A stretch of 64,000 bases of DNA from an uncultured Candidatus Bathyarchaeia archaeon. Its GTDB lineage: Archaea; Thermoproteota; Bathyarchaeia; Bathyarchaeales; Bathyarchaeaceae. A program made the position numbers and the translations under genes. Below are positions 56,534 through 64,000 of the stretch, piece after piece; position 1 is the first letter of the stretch; each line of letters starts with the position of its first letter. The stretch covers positions 97,035 through 161,034 of the forward strand of contig CAZKWF010000001.1 of the NCBI GenBank assembly GCA_964556565.1, in the 5' to 3' direction. Under the pieces are notes generated by a model. The model made no database searches. It saw only the letters and a program-made list of their open reading frames with translations, and had not been told where the DNA came from.

Positions 56534-57676
56534 TTAAATGAATTTCGGTTTGTAATGTTGAGCCATTCCTTTGGACCAGAATGCTTTTTCCATCAATTCA
56601 CAAACATGCTCATACATTTCTCTTTGTGCATTTCTGAAAATTTGGGAATTCACTTCATCACGAAGTTTATCATTGAACCTAACCCACATATACCTGCCAC
56701 TTTGTTTCCCTATTTTCTTTGCTTCTACAGCCATTTCTTTAAGTATAGCAGCACCTGCGTCATCTTCCCTAAGGTTATTAAAGAGAATTGTCCAGAACCT
56801 TGATGCATAGTTGAACTTTCTGGCACCTTGTTTCACAGCTTCATTAAAACCCTCATTGGTTTGTCCTGTGCCTCCATGCAAAGCTATTGGAACATCTTTT
56901 ATACCTTCACATCTAAGACCTTCTCTGATTTCACCTATTCTACCATAGAATATAGATGGTTCTCCCACGATTTCCCCATGTGCTGACCCTATGAATGGTG
57001 CAAAAGCTTCTGGATTCGTACCATCAACCAATAACACCGCATCTTCCACCTTTGTGATCTCAGCCATTATTTGTACTCGTGTCTGCGCCGCTCGTGCCTT
57101 TGCGCTACCGATTTCTCCTTCTTCAACTTCAAAACTGATACCCAAGGGATGTAAATCTTCTATTATTGGCATGCATTTCTCAATGTTCATACGAACTGCT
57201 CCAGTCCTGTCTGAAGTAGGTTGTTTAGAGAAATCAAGTTCTACCGAAGTATATCCGGCTTCCACCGCTGCGTATGCGAGCTTAGGATCTTTTTGTAGAT
57301 GGTCTATGTGCATACATATAGGTGGAATTCTTTTGTATTGTTTTACTCTTTTTTCCACTTCATCCACTACTAAGTCCATGAACCTTGTTAGTTTGTCTTT
57401 ATAATCACTTCCTGAAAAGGCATATTCTACCTGAGATTCTGCAGACTCGATTATCAATGGTGAATTGCACTCAAATGCAGCATCTAGAACTGCGTAAAGC
57501 ATCTCTTGGACAACAGCATTTGCTGCAAGAACACCAAAATTGTACTTATCTGCTGGTTCCAGCATTTCCTTCAAGTTTAGAAATCGGGTACTGCCTAGGC
57601 ATGTGTCTAATTTTCTGATATATGGGTTTGCTTCAAAGGACAATGGAGCAATATCCTTTGGTTTAACAGGCATCAC
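56534..57676 (-). CDS. class II (metal-dependent) ketose/fructose-bisphosphate aldolase family protein
   Basis: MHIDHLQ, SVELDFS, GSAHGE and ALHGGTGQ correspond to class II aldolase metal and phosphate-binding motifs. Confidence 0.7.
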   Translation of the reverse strand: MMPVKPKDIAPLSFEANPYIRKLDTCLGSTRFLNLKEMLEPADKYNFGVLAANAVVQEMLYAVLDAAFECNSPLIIESAESQVEYAFSGSDYKDKLTRFMDLVVDEVEKRVKQYKRIPPICMHIDHLQKDPKLAYAAVEAGYTSVELDFSKQPTSDRTGAVRMNIEKCMPIIEDLHPLGISFEVEEGEIGSAKARAAQTRVQIMAEITKVEDAVLLVDGTNPEAFAPFIGSAHGEIVGEPSIFYGRIGEIREGLRCEGIKDVPIALHGGTGQTNEGFNEAVKQGARKFNYASRFWTILFNNLREDDAGAAILKEMAVEAKKIGKQSGRYMWVRFNDKLRDEVNSQIFRNAQREMYEHVCELMEKAFWSKGMAQHYKPKFI

Positions 57677-57791
57677 TTGCCCTCCAATTCTTATTATTTA
57701 TCTTACATAATTCATCAAGGCACGCGCATAGATATACATGTATACATGCATAAAACTCCAATAGATCAGTTCTGTGTAGGAGATGTAAGAG

Positions 57792-58157
57792 ATGAAGAGA
57801 AAATTATCTGTTAATGTAAGATTCGCTGAACCAAAGGATTTGGATTTTTGTGTAGAGTCAGACTATGACCATGTTGGCAAAGTTGTGCTTAAGAGGAAAG
57901 TGGAAGAAGAAGCGGTAATTCTTGCTGAAGTTGATCGCAAACTTGTTGGATACCTACGTATAGAATACCTATGGCTGAACATACCTTATTTGAGTGTCAT
58001 TGGTGTCAACGAAGAGTATCAGAGAAAAGGTATAGGAACTGCTATGATTGAATTCTTAGGACGGCATCTACTCAAACAAGGACACAAGGTCTTGTATAGT
58101 TCTTCGCAAGCAAATGAGAATGGTGTTTCTGAAATAGTAGAATTCGCCATTCGTTAA
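57792..58157 (+). CDS. GNAT-family N-acetyltransferase, apparently C-terminally short
   Basis: VIGVNEEYQRKGIGTAMIEFL is motif A. The ORF ends ~25-30 aa earlier than typical GNATs and abuts the convergent gene. Confidence 0.55.
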   Translation: MKRKLSVNVRFAEPKDLDFCVESDYDHVGKVVLKRKVEEEAVILAEVDRKLVGYLRIEYLWLNIPYLSVIGVNEEYQRKGIGTAMIEFLGRHLLKQGHKVLYSSSQANENGVSEIVEFAIR

Positions 58158-58161
58158 TTTT

Positions 58162-58647
58162 TCAGACTGCAAACATTTTCTTCATTAGATCGGAAAACTT
58201 TTCGGCTGCAACTCTCCTCTTCCTGAGGTTTATTGCGGTGGCATCTAAATACTGTAAAGCTTGAGGTTCGCAAAACTTTACGCAGAGAGGCTCCCCACCG
58301 CATAGATCGCATTTAAGAACTTTTCCTGTTTTTGTGTCTAGGCTTATCCCGCCAAAAGGGCAGAACATTACGCAGAGTCTACATCCGACACACAAATCAT
58401 AATCTATTAACACGGCGCCAGTTTTTTCATCCCTTTTTAAGGCGTGCATTGGACAGACAAGTTCACAAAGGGGAGTCTCACATTGCTGACAAACCATCGG
58501 GACATAAAGGCCAACTGTCTCCCATTTTACGGTGTGGATTCTAGCCCGTGTTGGGTTGCAAACCTTCTCATGAAACAGTGAGCAAACAGACTCGCAGATT
58601 CGACATCCAGAGCATTTCTCCGGGTCTATAAAAAGGATTTTCTGCAT
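58162..58647 (-). CDS. 4Fe-4S multi-cluster ferredoxin-like protein (DmsB/NrfC-type), AOR partner
   Basis: CSGCRICESVC, CQQCETPLCELVCP, CVGCRLCVMFCP and CDLCGGEPLCVKFC. The ATG at 58647 is preceded by GGAGGAG. The track start at 58686 would overlap aor. Confidence 0.8.
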   Translation of the reverse strand: MQKILFIDPEKCSGCRICESVCSLFHEKVCNPTRARIHTVKWETVGLYVPMVCQQCETPLCELVCPMHALKRDEKTGAVLIDYDLCVGCRLCVMFCPFGGISLDTKTGKVLKCDLCGGEPLCVKFCEPQALQYLDATAINLRKRRVAAEKFSDLMKKMFAV

Positions 58648-58657
58648 CTTTCTCCTC

Positions 58658-60547
58658 CTAAACCCTGTGGGAGGGCTCCTTGTCAAGGCCTATCCTCTCA
58701 AGTGTTTCTTTTTTGGGGACTCCGTTCTCGTCCCAGCCATGCAATGCGTAATACTCATCTAGCATTTTCTCGAATTTGTCTCTGTCAATCTTCTTTCCCC
58801 TAGCTATTGGAAGCCCTATCGGTGTTGGCTCTTTGAAATAGCGTTCTGGCAATTTGTCATCCTTCCTTGAAAAGCCCTCTCTGAGATTAAACATTCTTTC
58901 AATTGTGTAGATTTTTTCACCCACCTCCATTAGTTGAGCCTTTGTGAACCCCATGCCAGTGGCAAGCTGAATCAGTTTTGAGAACTCTTGCCATTTTGGT
59001 GCGTTCACAGCGCAGAAAACTGTTTGGAACTTGCATATCCCTATCGAGTCTGTAACAGCGTAAAGGCGCTCCTGCCACCAAACCATCTGGCTTTTTCCTT
59101 CATAAGACGTATAATCAGAAGAAACAGGGGCTCCATAGATTTCCTCAAGCAGGTCTTCAGGCAGACCATACAGATCTATTGCTGGTCTACTCCTTAGGTG
59201 ATCTGCTCCCCGAGTTGATGTGGCAATACCTAAAGCAAGACTTGGTGTTGGACGCTCGTCTGAATGGAGGTTGCTCATACCTTTAATCTGTATGGCATAG
59301 TGCTCTGAACCTTTGCCGATTTCAGCTATAGCGGTTTTGAACCCGTCGGCAAGTAGGTTTCCGAATCCTTTTCTATGGGCTATCTGTCCTATCAGTTTGA
59401 AAAGAACCTCTTCATTTCCCCACTTGAGTTTCAATCCTGCCGTATCTTTCTCGTCAATTATTCCTTTTTCATACAGTTCCATGGCCCAGGCAATGAGACC
59501 TCCTGTTTCTAGCGTATCTAATCCATACTTGTTTACCAAGTGATTGGCAACAAGAACCGTTTCCATTTTTTTGCAGTCAACCATTGTTCCGAAAGCACCT
59601 ATAGAAGTGTATTCGGGGCCTTCAGCGAAGATCGGTGCGTAAGGGCCTTCTCTTAAAACGTATCGGTGTCTGCAATGCACCGTGCACCCATAGCATCCTG
59701 ACATTCCGATGGTGTATCGATCCATGTTTTCAGGTTCTAGATCTTCACCTTCCTCAAGTCGATTTAACTGAAAATTTCTAGTTCGGATAAGCCCTGTTGT
59801 GTTTGTGTTACTATAAATGATTAGGGTTCCCCATCTCGATTGAGCCCTTGCCCATCGAGTCTTCATAATCATGTTGTTCATTTCCCCACAATAATCGAGT
59901 AATTCGTCGGGATGGCTGAACTCAATGTCCATTGTTCCACGGGCTGCGATGGCTTTCAAATTCTTGGCCCCCATCACACAGCCCATACCAGTTCGGCCAG
60001 CAGAATTCTTCATTCCAGTTCTTACATTTGCAAAACGAACCAGATTTTCACCAGCAACTCCGATAACCAAGCATTTAACTTCCGCATCTTCATTATCATC
60101 CCTAATCATGTCTTGAGTTTCAAAAGTGTCTTTTCTCCAGAGATGACCTGCATCTCGGATTTCGATATTTCCGTCATTTATCCATAGATAAACTGGCTTT
60201 TCAGCCTTGCCAGAAACCACCAAATGATCGAAACCAGCCAATCTAAGTTCTGGTGCAAAGAACCCTCCGATGTTGGAGTCGCCAACACCTCCGGTTAGCG
60301 GGGATTTGGCAGCGATGTCACATCTTCCAGAACCGAGGGCTGGAATTCCACAAAGAAGCCCTGCTCCAACGAACAAGACATTTTCAGGGCTTAGAGGGTC
60401 GATTTTAGGCTTAACTTGGTTATATAGTAGGTACATGTTTATGCCCCTTCCGCCCAGATACAGTTGTCTGACCAGTTTCGGAACGGGCTTTACAGCAATC
60501 TTGCCTGTTGTTAGGTTTATGTAGGAGATTTTTCTTTTCCAAACCAC
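58658..60547 (-). CDS. aor: aldehyde:ferredoxin oxidoreductase (tungstopterin AOR family)
   Basis: ISYINLTTGKI...YLGGRGINMYLL, GRCDIAAKSPLTG and CYGCTVHCRH (4Fe-4S ligand region). Length is 629 aa. Confidence 0.9.
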   Translation of the reverse strand: MVWKRKISYINLTTGKIAVKPVPKLVRQLYLGGRGINMYLLYNQVKPKIDPLSPENVLFVGAGLLCGIPALGSGRCDIAAKSPLTGGVGDSNIGGFFAPELRLAGFDHLVVSGKAEKPVYLWINDGNIEIRDAGHLWRKDTFETQDMIRDDNEDAEVKCLVIGVAGENLVRFANVRTGMKNSAGRTGMGCVMGAKNLKAIAARGTMDIEFSHPDELLDYCGEMNNMIMKTRWARAQSRWGTLIIYSNTNTTGLIRTRNFQLNRLEEGEDLEPENMDRYTIGMSGCYGCTVHCRHRYVLREGPYAPIFAEGPEYTSIGAFGTMVDCKKMETVLVANHLVNKYGLDTLETGGLIAWAMELYEKGIIDEKDTAGLKLKWGNEEVLFKLIGQIAHRKGFGNLLADGFKTAIAEIGKGSEHYAIQIKGMSNLHSDERPTPSLALGIATSTRGADHLRSRPAIDLYGLPEDLLEEIYGAPVSSDYTSYEGKSQMVWWQERLYAVTDSIGICKFQTVFCAVNAPKWQEFSKLIQLATGMGFTKAQLMEVGEKIYTIERMFNLREGFSRKDDKLPERYFKEPTPIGLPIARGKKIDRDKFEKMLDEYYALHGWDENGVPKKETLERIGLDKEPSHRV

Positions 60548-60557
60548 AGCTCATCAG

Positions 60558-60707
60558 CTACTCCTTTGTCAGACCACGGATTTTGGGTTGGTCTTCACGG
60601 GGCCACGAAATGCGATATTTGGTTTTACAGTAGGGACATGTGGCTTCCTTAGCGCCAACACTTACTGGGAACCTTTTAAGGCAGTTTAAACACCTGACCT
60701 TACTCAT
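60558..60707 (-). CDS. 49-aa zinc-ribbon protein (below the ORF-track cutoff)
   Basis: My own translation: MSKVRCLNCLKRFPVSVGAKEATCPYCKTKYRISWPREDQPKIRGLTKE*, with CxxC...CxxC. GGAG lies ~10 nt upstream. It is wedged between the MoaD-like gene and aor. Confidence 0.45.
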   Translation of the reverse strand: MSKVRCLNCLKRFPVSVGAKEATCPYCKTKYRISWPREDQPKIRGLTKE

Positions 60708-60724
60708 TCTCAAGTTCTCCTGAC

Positions 60725-61006
60725 TTATCCTCCGCCAACCGGAATTGAAAGGATTAGGATATCATCGTTATTCAACTTAACGTTCGCATCCCTCATGATT
60801 CGCCCATTTATTGAGACAAGAAATTCTAAAGAAATAGCTCCTGTTCCCGGGTTAACTATTTGTTTGAAATCTCTTCCATACCTCTGGGCTAACTTGTCCA
60901 GAATATCCCTTAACGTTGAGTTTGACTTTATTTCTTCAATAATTTCCCTTTTTCCAACTATTTCCCTAAAATTTGCATGTAACAGCACCCTTACACGGAC
61001 ACTCAT
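60725..61006 (-). CDS. MoaD/ThiS/SAMP-like ubiquitin-fold protein ending in GGG
   Basis: The 93-aa product has a beta-grasp-like pattern and the C-terminus ...LILSIPVGGG. Confidence 0.7.
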   Translation of the reverse strand: MSVRVRVLLHANFREIVGKREIIEEIKSNSTLRDILDKLAQRYGRDFKQIVNPGTGAISLEFLVSINGRIMRDANVKLNNDDILILSIPVGGG

Positions 61007-61104
61007 AAATTTCCACCGTGAGAGTTCCGAATAGAATCTAGATATTTTTCATATATAAGCAATATTATTAAATTTCTAATTGTATAAGTTATATAGGGTT
61101 CATT

Positions 61105-62154
61105 ATGGAAGCCAGAAGGCTGCAACACATAAAGGGCGGAAGCTTCACGTTATCCTTGCCCAAAGAATGGGTTGAAAGACGAAAGCTCAAGCGAGGCGAG
61201 GAAATAGCTGTTTTCGAGGAAGAAGACGGATCGTTGAGGCTTTATCCCATAAAAATGGAGCATAAGGAAACTGCAGAAGTTGTTTTAGCTTTAGAGAATT
61301 TTCCAGAAGTTAGGGCCCTCGAATACTGCATTGGAACATACTATATACAGGGTAGCAACAAAATCAGCATAACGTCGAAGAAGACAATTTCAGCAGACGT
61401 GAAAAAAAGACTAAAACTACTACGTATGGACTTGCCAGGAGTGGAAGTCGCTGAAGAAAGGGCTGATGCAATAAGCTTTCACGTAATAATTGACCCAGCA
61501 GCTTTTTTACTGGAATCACTTATAGAAAAAACTTCCTCCTTCTCACGTCACTTACAAGAGGACGCTATTAAATCCATTCTTGAGAACGATTTTCAGCTCG
61601 CCAGCGAAGTAATTGAAAGAAGCAAAGAAGCCTTGAGGCATTATAGAATGACGATAAGACAAGTTGCCTTAGCAAGCTTTAGCAAGGCCATCGCGAGGAA
61701 GGTTGGGATTAAGAACTGCCGTGAATGTGTTACTTTCGCCTTGATTGCCCGAGACTTGAACAGGCTTGTCTATCATTCCTCATCAATCGCAACGCAATTT
61801 CTCACCCTAAAGGATAGAGCGAAAATAAGTCGTGAGATACTACATACAATAGAAGACTTGTCAAGCCTCGCCCACGAGATGCAGAGAGATGCAGTCCAAG
61901 CCTTCCTTAAAGAGGATATTATGCTTGCAATAGCAACCATGGGAAAAATGAGGGATGTTAGACAGAAGGAAAAAATGCTTCTAACAACAATTTTGAAGAG
62001 CGTTAAAGACGCTGACCTTGCAGTTGCTCTCAGTCATATTACTCGGGATTTGAGGAGAATTGCTGGATACTCAGTGGCAATAGCTGACGACGCCATGAAC
62101 CGAACTTTGGCTCCAATACCCGATTCTGTTAGGTCTTTTGACCTAAGGGTGTAA
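61105..62154 (+). CDS. AbrB/SpoVT-domain plus PhoU-repeat regulator (archaeal phosphate uptake regulator-like)
   Basis: The N-terminal GGSFTLSLPKEWVERRKLKRGEEIAVFEEEDGSLRLYP is a swapped-hairpin AbrB-like domain, followed by helical PhoU-like repeats. Confidence 0.75.
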   Translation: MEARRLQHIKGGSFTLSLPKEWVERRKLKRGEEIAVFEEEDGSLRLYPIKMEHKETAEVVLALENFPEVRALEYCIGTYYIQGSNKISITSKKTISADVKKRLKLLRMDLPGVEVAEERADAISFHVIIDPAAFLLESLIEKTSSFSRHLQEDAIKSILENDFQLASEVIERSKEALRHYRMTIRQVALASFSKAIARKVGIKNCRECVTFALIARDLNRLVYHSSSIATQFLTLKDRAKISREILHTIEDLSSLAHEMQRDAVQAFLKEDIMLAIATMGKMRDVRQKEKMLLTTILKSVKDADLAVALSHITRDLRRIAGYSVAIADDAMNRTLAPIPDSVRSFDLRV

Positions 62155-62155
62155 A

Positions 62156-62536
62156 CTACTTGGGCTTGTAGGCCACCATGTCAATTTGAATGAGGCAAGC
62201 AGAATCCAGAAAGTCGGTAAAGACGCCCGTCCGGGCAGGAAATCCCTCGTTGAAGTAACGCCTATAGACCTCTTTCATCTTCTTGAAGTCCTCTGTGTTC
62301 TTCAGGAGAACCGTTGTCTTTACCACGTCGTCGAAGGAGGCACCAGCGGCTTCAAGAGTCTTTCCCAAGTTCTTGAAACATTGTTCGGTCTGTGCCTCGA
62401 TGCCCTCTATTGTGTTGCCATCCTCGTCAAGGAATCCGGCGTGGTGAGAGGTGTAAATGAAGTTTCCAGCTTTTACACAGGAAGAGAACGTAAAACCATA
62501 TTTTTTCGGGTTTAGATCTATGATTTCTCTAGTCAT
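62156..62536 (-). CDS. RidA/YjgF/L-PSP family protein
   Basis: The 126-aa product contains GIEAQTEQCFKNLGKTLEAAGASFDDVVKTTVLL and PARTGVF..LD..CLIQIDMVA. Confidence 0.85.
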   Translation of the reverse strand: MTREIIDLNPKKYGFTFSSCVKAGNFIYTSHHAGFLDEDGNTIEGIEAQTEQCFKNLGKTLEAAGASFDDVVKTTVLLKNTEDFKKMKEVYRRYFNEGFPARTGVFTDFLDSACLIQIDMVAYKPK

Positions 62537-62681
62537 TTGCGTATCTCCAGGTTTTGACGGTACCTATGATTTCAAAAAGATAAAGGTATCCTCCGCTCAT
62601 CACAACAGACTTACAGAATCCTAATACCCTAAGTTTTATATTTTCTGCCAAGAATCATCTGCAATCAAGAGGAGAAATCAC

Positions 62682-63695
62682 ATGAAAGCCGCAGTTTTTT
62701 ATGGAGCAGACCAACCGTTAAAAATAGAGGAAGTACCCACACCTGAAATCAGCGCAGAGGAAGCCCTCATCAAGATAGCTGCCTGTGGAGTCTGCCACAC
62801 AGATCTTCATTATTTGGAAGGAGTTCCAACATTCAAAAAGCCGCCGCTGATTCTTGGTCACGAAGCCTCTGGAATAGTGACAAAGGTGGGTGAAAAGGTA
62901 ACTAAGGTTAAAGAAAACGACAGAGTACTTATTCCGCCAGTTTTAACATGTGGCACTTGCTACAATTGTCGAATCGGTCGTGAAAACCTATGCAGAAACA
63001 TCGTTATGATTGGTAATAGCATAGATGGAGCCTACGCCGAATACACCAAAATCCCAGCCAAAGACCTGATTAAGTTGCCGACAGAAATCCCGTTGGAAGA
63101 AGCTTCAATAATTTCTGACGCGATGTCCACACCTTTCCACGCGTTGAAGAACCGAGCTAATGTTCGACCAGGCGACTCTGTGGTGATCTATGGTGTTGGC
63201 GGAGTTGGCTTAAATGCTGTTCAAATAGCAGTTGCATTAGGAGCTTTTGTGATTGCGGTTGATAAGGTTGAAGAGAAACTGCAACATGCAAGGGATTTGG
63301 GGGCTTCTGAAACGATTAATGTTGATGTTGAAAATCCGGTAAAGGCTGTTAGAAGGATTACTGGTGGCGGGGCTGATGTGGCTGTTGAGGCTATCGGCAT
63401 CCCCGAGGTTATGCGAATGGCCTATAACAGTGTTAGATGGGGCGGTCGTGCGGTTATTGTCGGCTACAGCCACAAAGACCTTACTATTAGTGCTGCACGC
63501 TTGATGTTTAGGGAAATAGAAATCTATGGTTCTCTAGGTTGCAGAATCGTTGATTTTCCGCCACTTGTTGACATGGTTCGCAGAGGAAAACTGAAACTTC
63601 TTGTTTCAAATAAAATGCCGCTTGACCAGATAAATGAAGCCTTAGAAATGCTTAAAAAGGGAAAAATCAGGACGAGGGCAATTGTTATTCCTTAG
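62682..63695 (+). CDS. zinc-dependent alcohol dehydrogenase (MDR family)
   Basis: CGVCHTDLH, GHEASG, the structural-Zn region CGTCYNCRIGRENLC, and a GVGGVG Rossmann motif. Confidence 0.85.
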   Translation: MKAAVFYGADQPLKIEEVPTPEISAEEALIKIAACGVCHTDLHYLEGVPTFKKPPLILGHEASGIVTKVGEKVTKVKENDRVLIPPVLTCGTCYNCRIGRENLCRNIVMIGNSIDGAYAEYTKIPAKDLIKLPTEIPLEEASIISDAMSTPFHALKNRANVRPGDSVVIYGVGGVGLNAVQIAVALGAFVIAVDKVEEKLQHARDLGASETINVDVENPVKAVRRITGGGADVAVEAIGIPEVMRMAYNSVRWGGRAVIVGYSHKDLTISAARLMFREIEIYGSLGCRIVDFPPLVDMVRRGKLKLLVSNKMPLDQINEALEMLKKGKIRTRAIVIP

Positions 63696-63696
63696 G

Positions 63697-64000
63697 TTAT
63701 TTTCCCTTCCACACGGGTTTCCTTTTTTCTAGAAAGGCCTTTAGACCTTCAACAGCATCCTCAGTTTTAATTAATCTGTTTAGATAGATGTCAGTTACAC
63801 CGTCTAAAGCTTCTTTGAAATCTTTGTTTAAGCCGTGATAAACGGCCATTCTGATTAACTCAAGCACAACAGAGCTTTTCTTTTTAAATTTCTCAACTAG
63901 TTTGTTAACGGCTTCCTCAAGTTCTTCTACGGCGAAAACCTCGTTCACTAGGCCTATTTCTTTTGCTTCTGCTGCTGTTATGGTGTCTCCAGTGAAGATT
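63697..64000 (-). CDS. enoyl-CoA hydratase/isomerase family protein (C-terminal part; 5' end outside the window)
   Basis: The C-terminus ...EDAVEGLKAFLEKRKPVWKGK* is the typical crotonase tail. The frame stays open upstream of the track ORF (..ITAAEAKEIGLVNEVF..) to the window edge. Confidence 0.75.
   Translation of the reverse strand, partial: IFTGDTITAAEAKEIGLVNEVFAVEELEEAVNKLVEKFKKKSSVVLELIRMAVYHGLNKDFKEALDGVTDIYLNRLIKTEDAVEGLKAFLEKRKPVWKGK

Noticed and set aside
1-64000. Search for CRISPR arrays, IS elements, integrases, toxin-antitoxin pairs and known defence genes
   Set aside because: I saw no regularly spaced direct repeats, no transposase or integrase-like ORFs and no recognisable defence-gene motifs. 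The only repeats are the paralog repeat, the two short att-like duplications and the coding beta-helix periodicity.

Overview
This window is an archaeal chromosomal segment. Markers include EF-1alpha, proteasome beta, class-I CCA-adding enzyme, RNase Z, ribosomal protein S7, a GPN-loop GTPase, a short XPF nuclease, tungsten AOR, and a tRNA with a non-canonical intron. The gene content looks like an uncultivated TACK or Bathyarchaeia-like lineage, but that is inference only. Coding density is high, TTG and GTG starts are frequent, and many genes are translationally coupled. I found no rRNA, CRISPR array, transposase or integrase. Most of the window is housekeeping or central metabolism: NAD salvage, a tRNA and RNA-end processing cluster, a class II HMG-CoA reductase, an acyl-CoA/thiolase/crotonase cluster, and an AOR operon. 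The most unusual locus is 2.2-10.1 kb. An intact single-domain KaiC/RecA-like ATPase sits next to two paralogous genes whose C-terminal KaiC-like domains have lost the P-loop. One paralog is fused to a winged helix. The other is a 1307-aa protein fused to a TPR solenoid and a beta-sandwich. The two paralogs share a 720-bp direct repeat at an exact 4500-bp offset, with mosaic identity that suggests gene conversion. A long 17-residue-periodic beta-helix protein with a zinc ribbon lies next to this locus. Other observations: a recurrent ATGCAT-type palindromic motif in intergenic regions; a cupin cassette flanked by duplicated 3' codons of a radical SAM gene; an AT-rich bacterial-type fbp gene, with an adjacent class II aldolase, carrying a relic fragment; several enzyme-zinc-ribbon or enzyme-wHTH fusions; and small zinc-ribbon ORFs below the ORF-track cutoff. 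All calls come from reading the sequence and translations by eye. No database search or computation was run. GC statements rest on hand counts of a few 60-nt lines.
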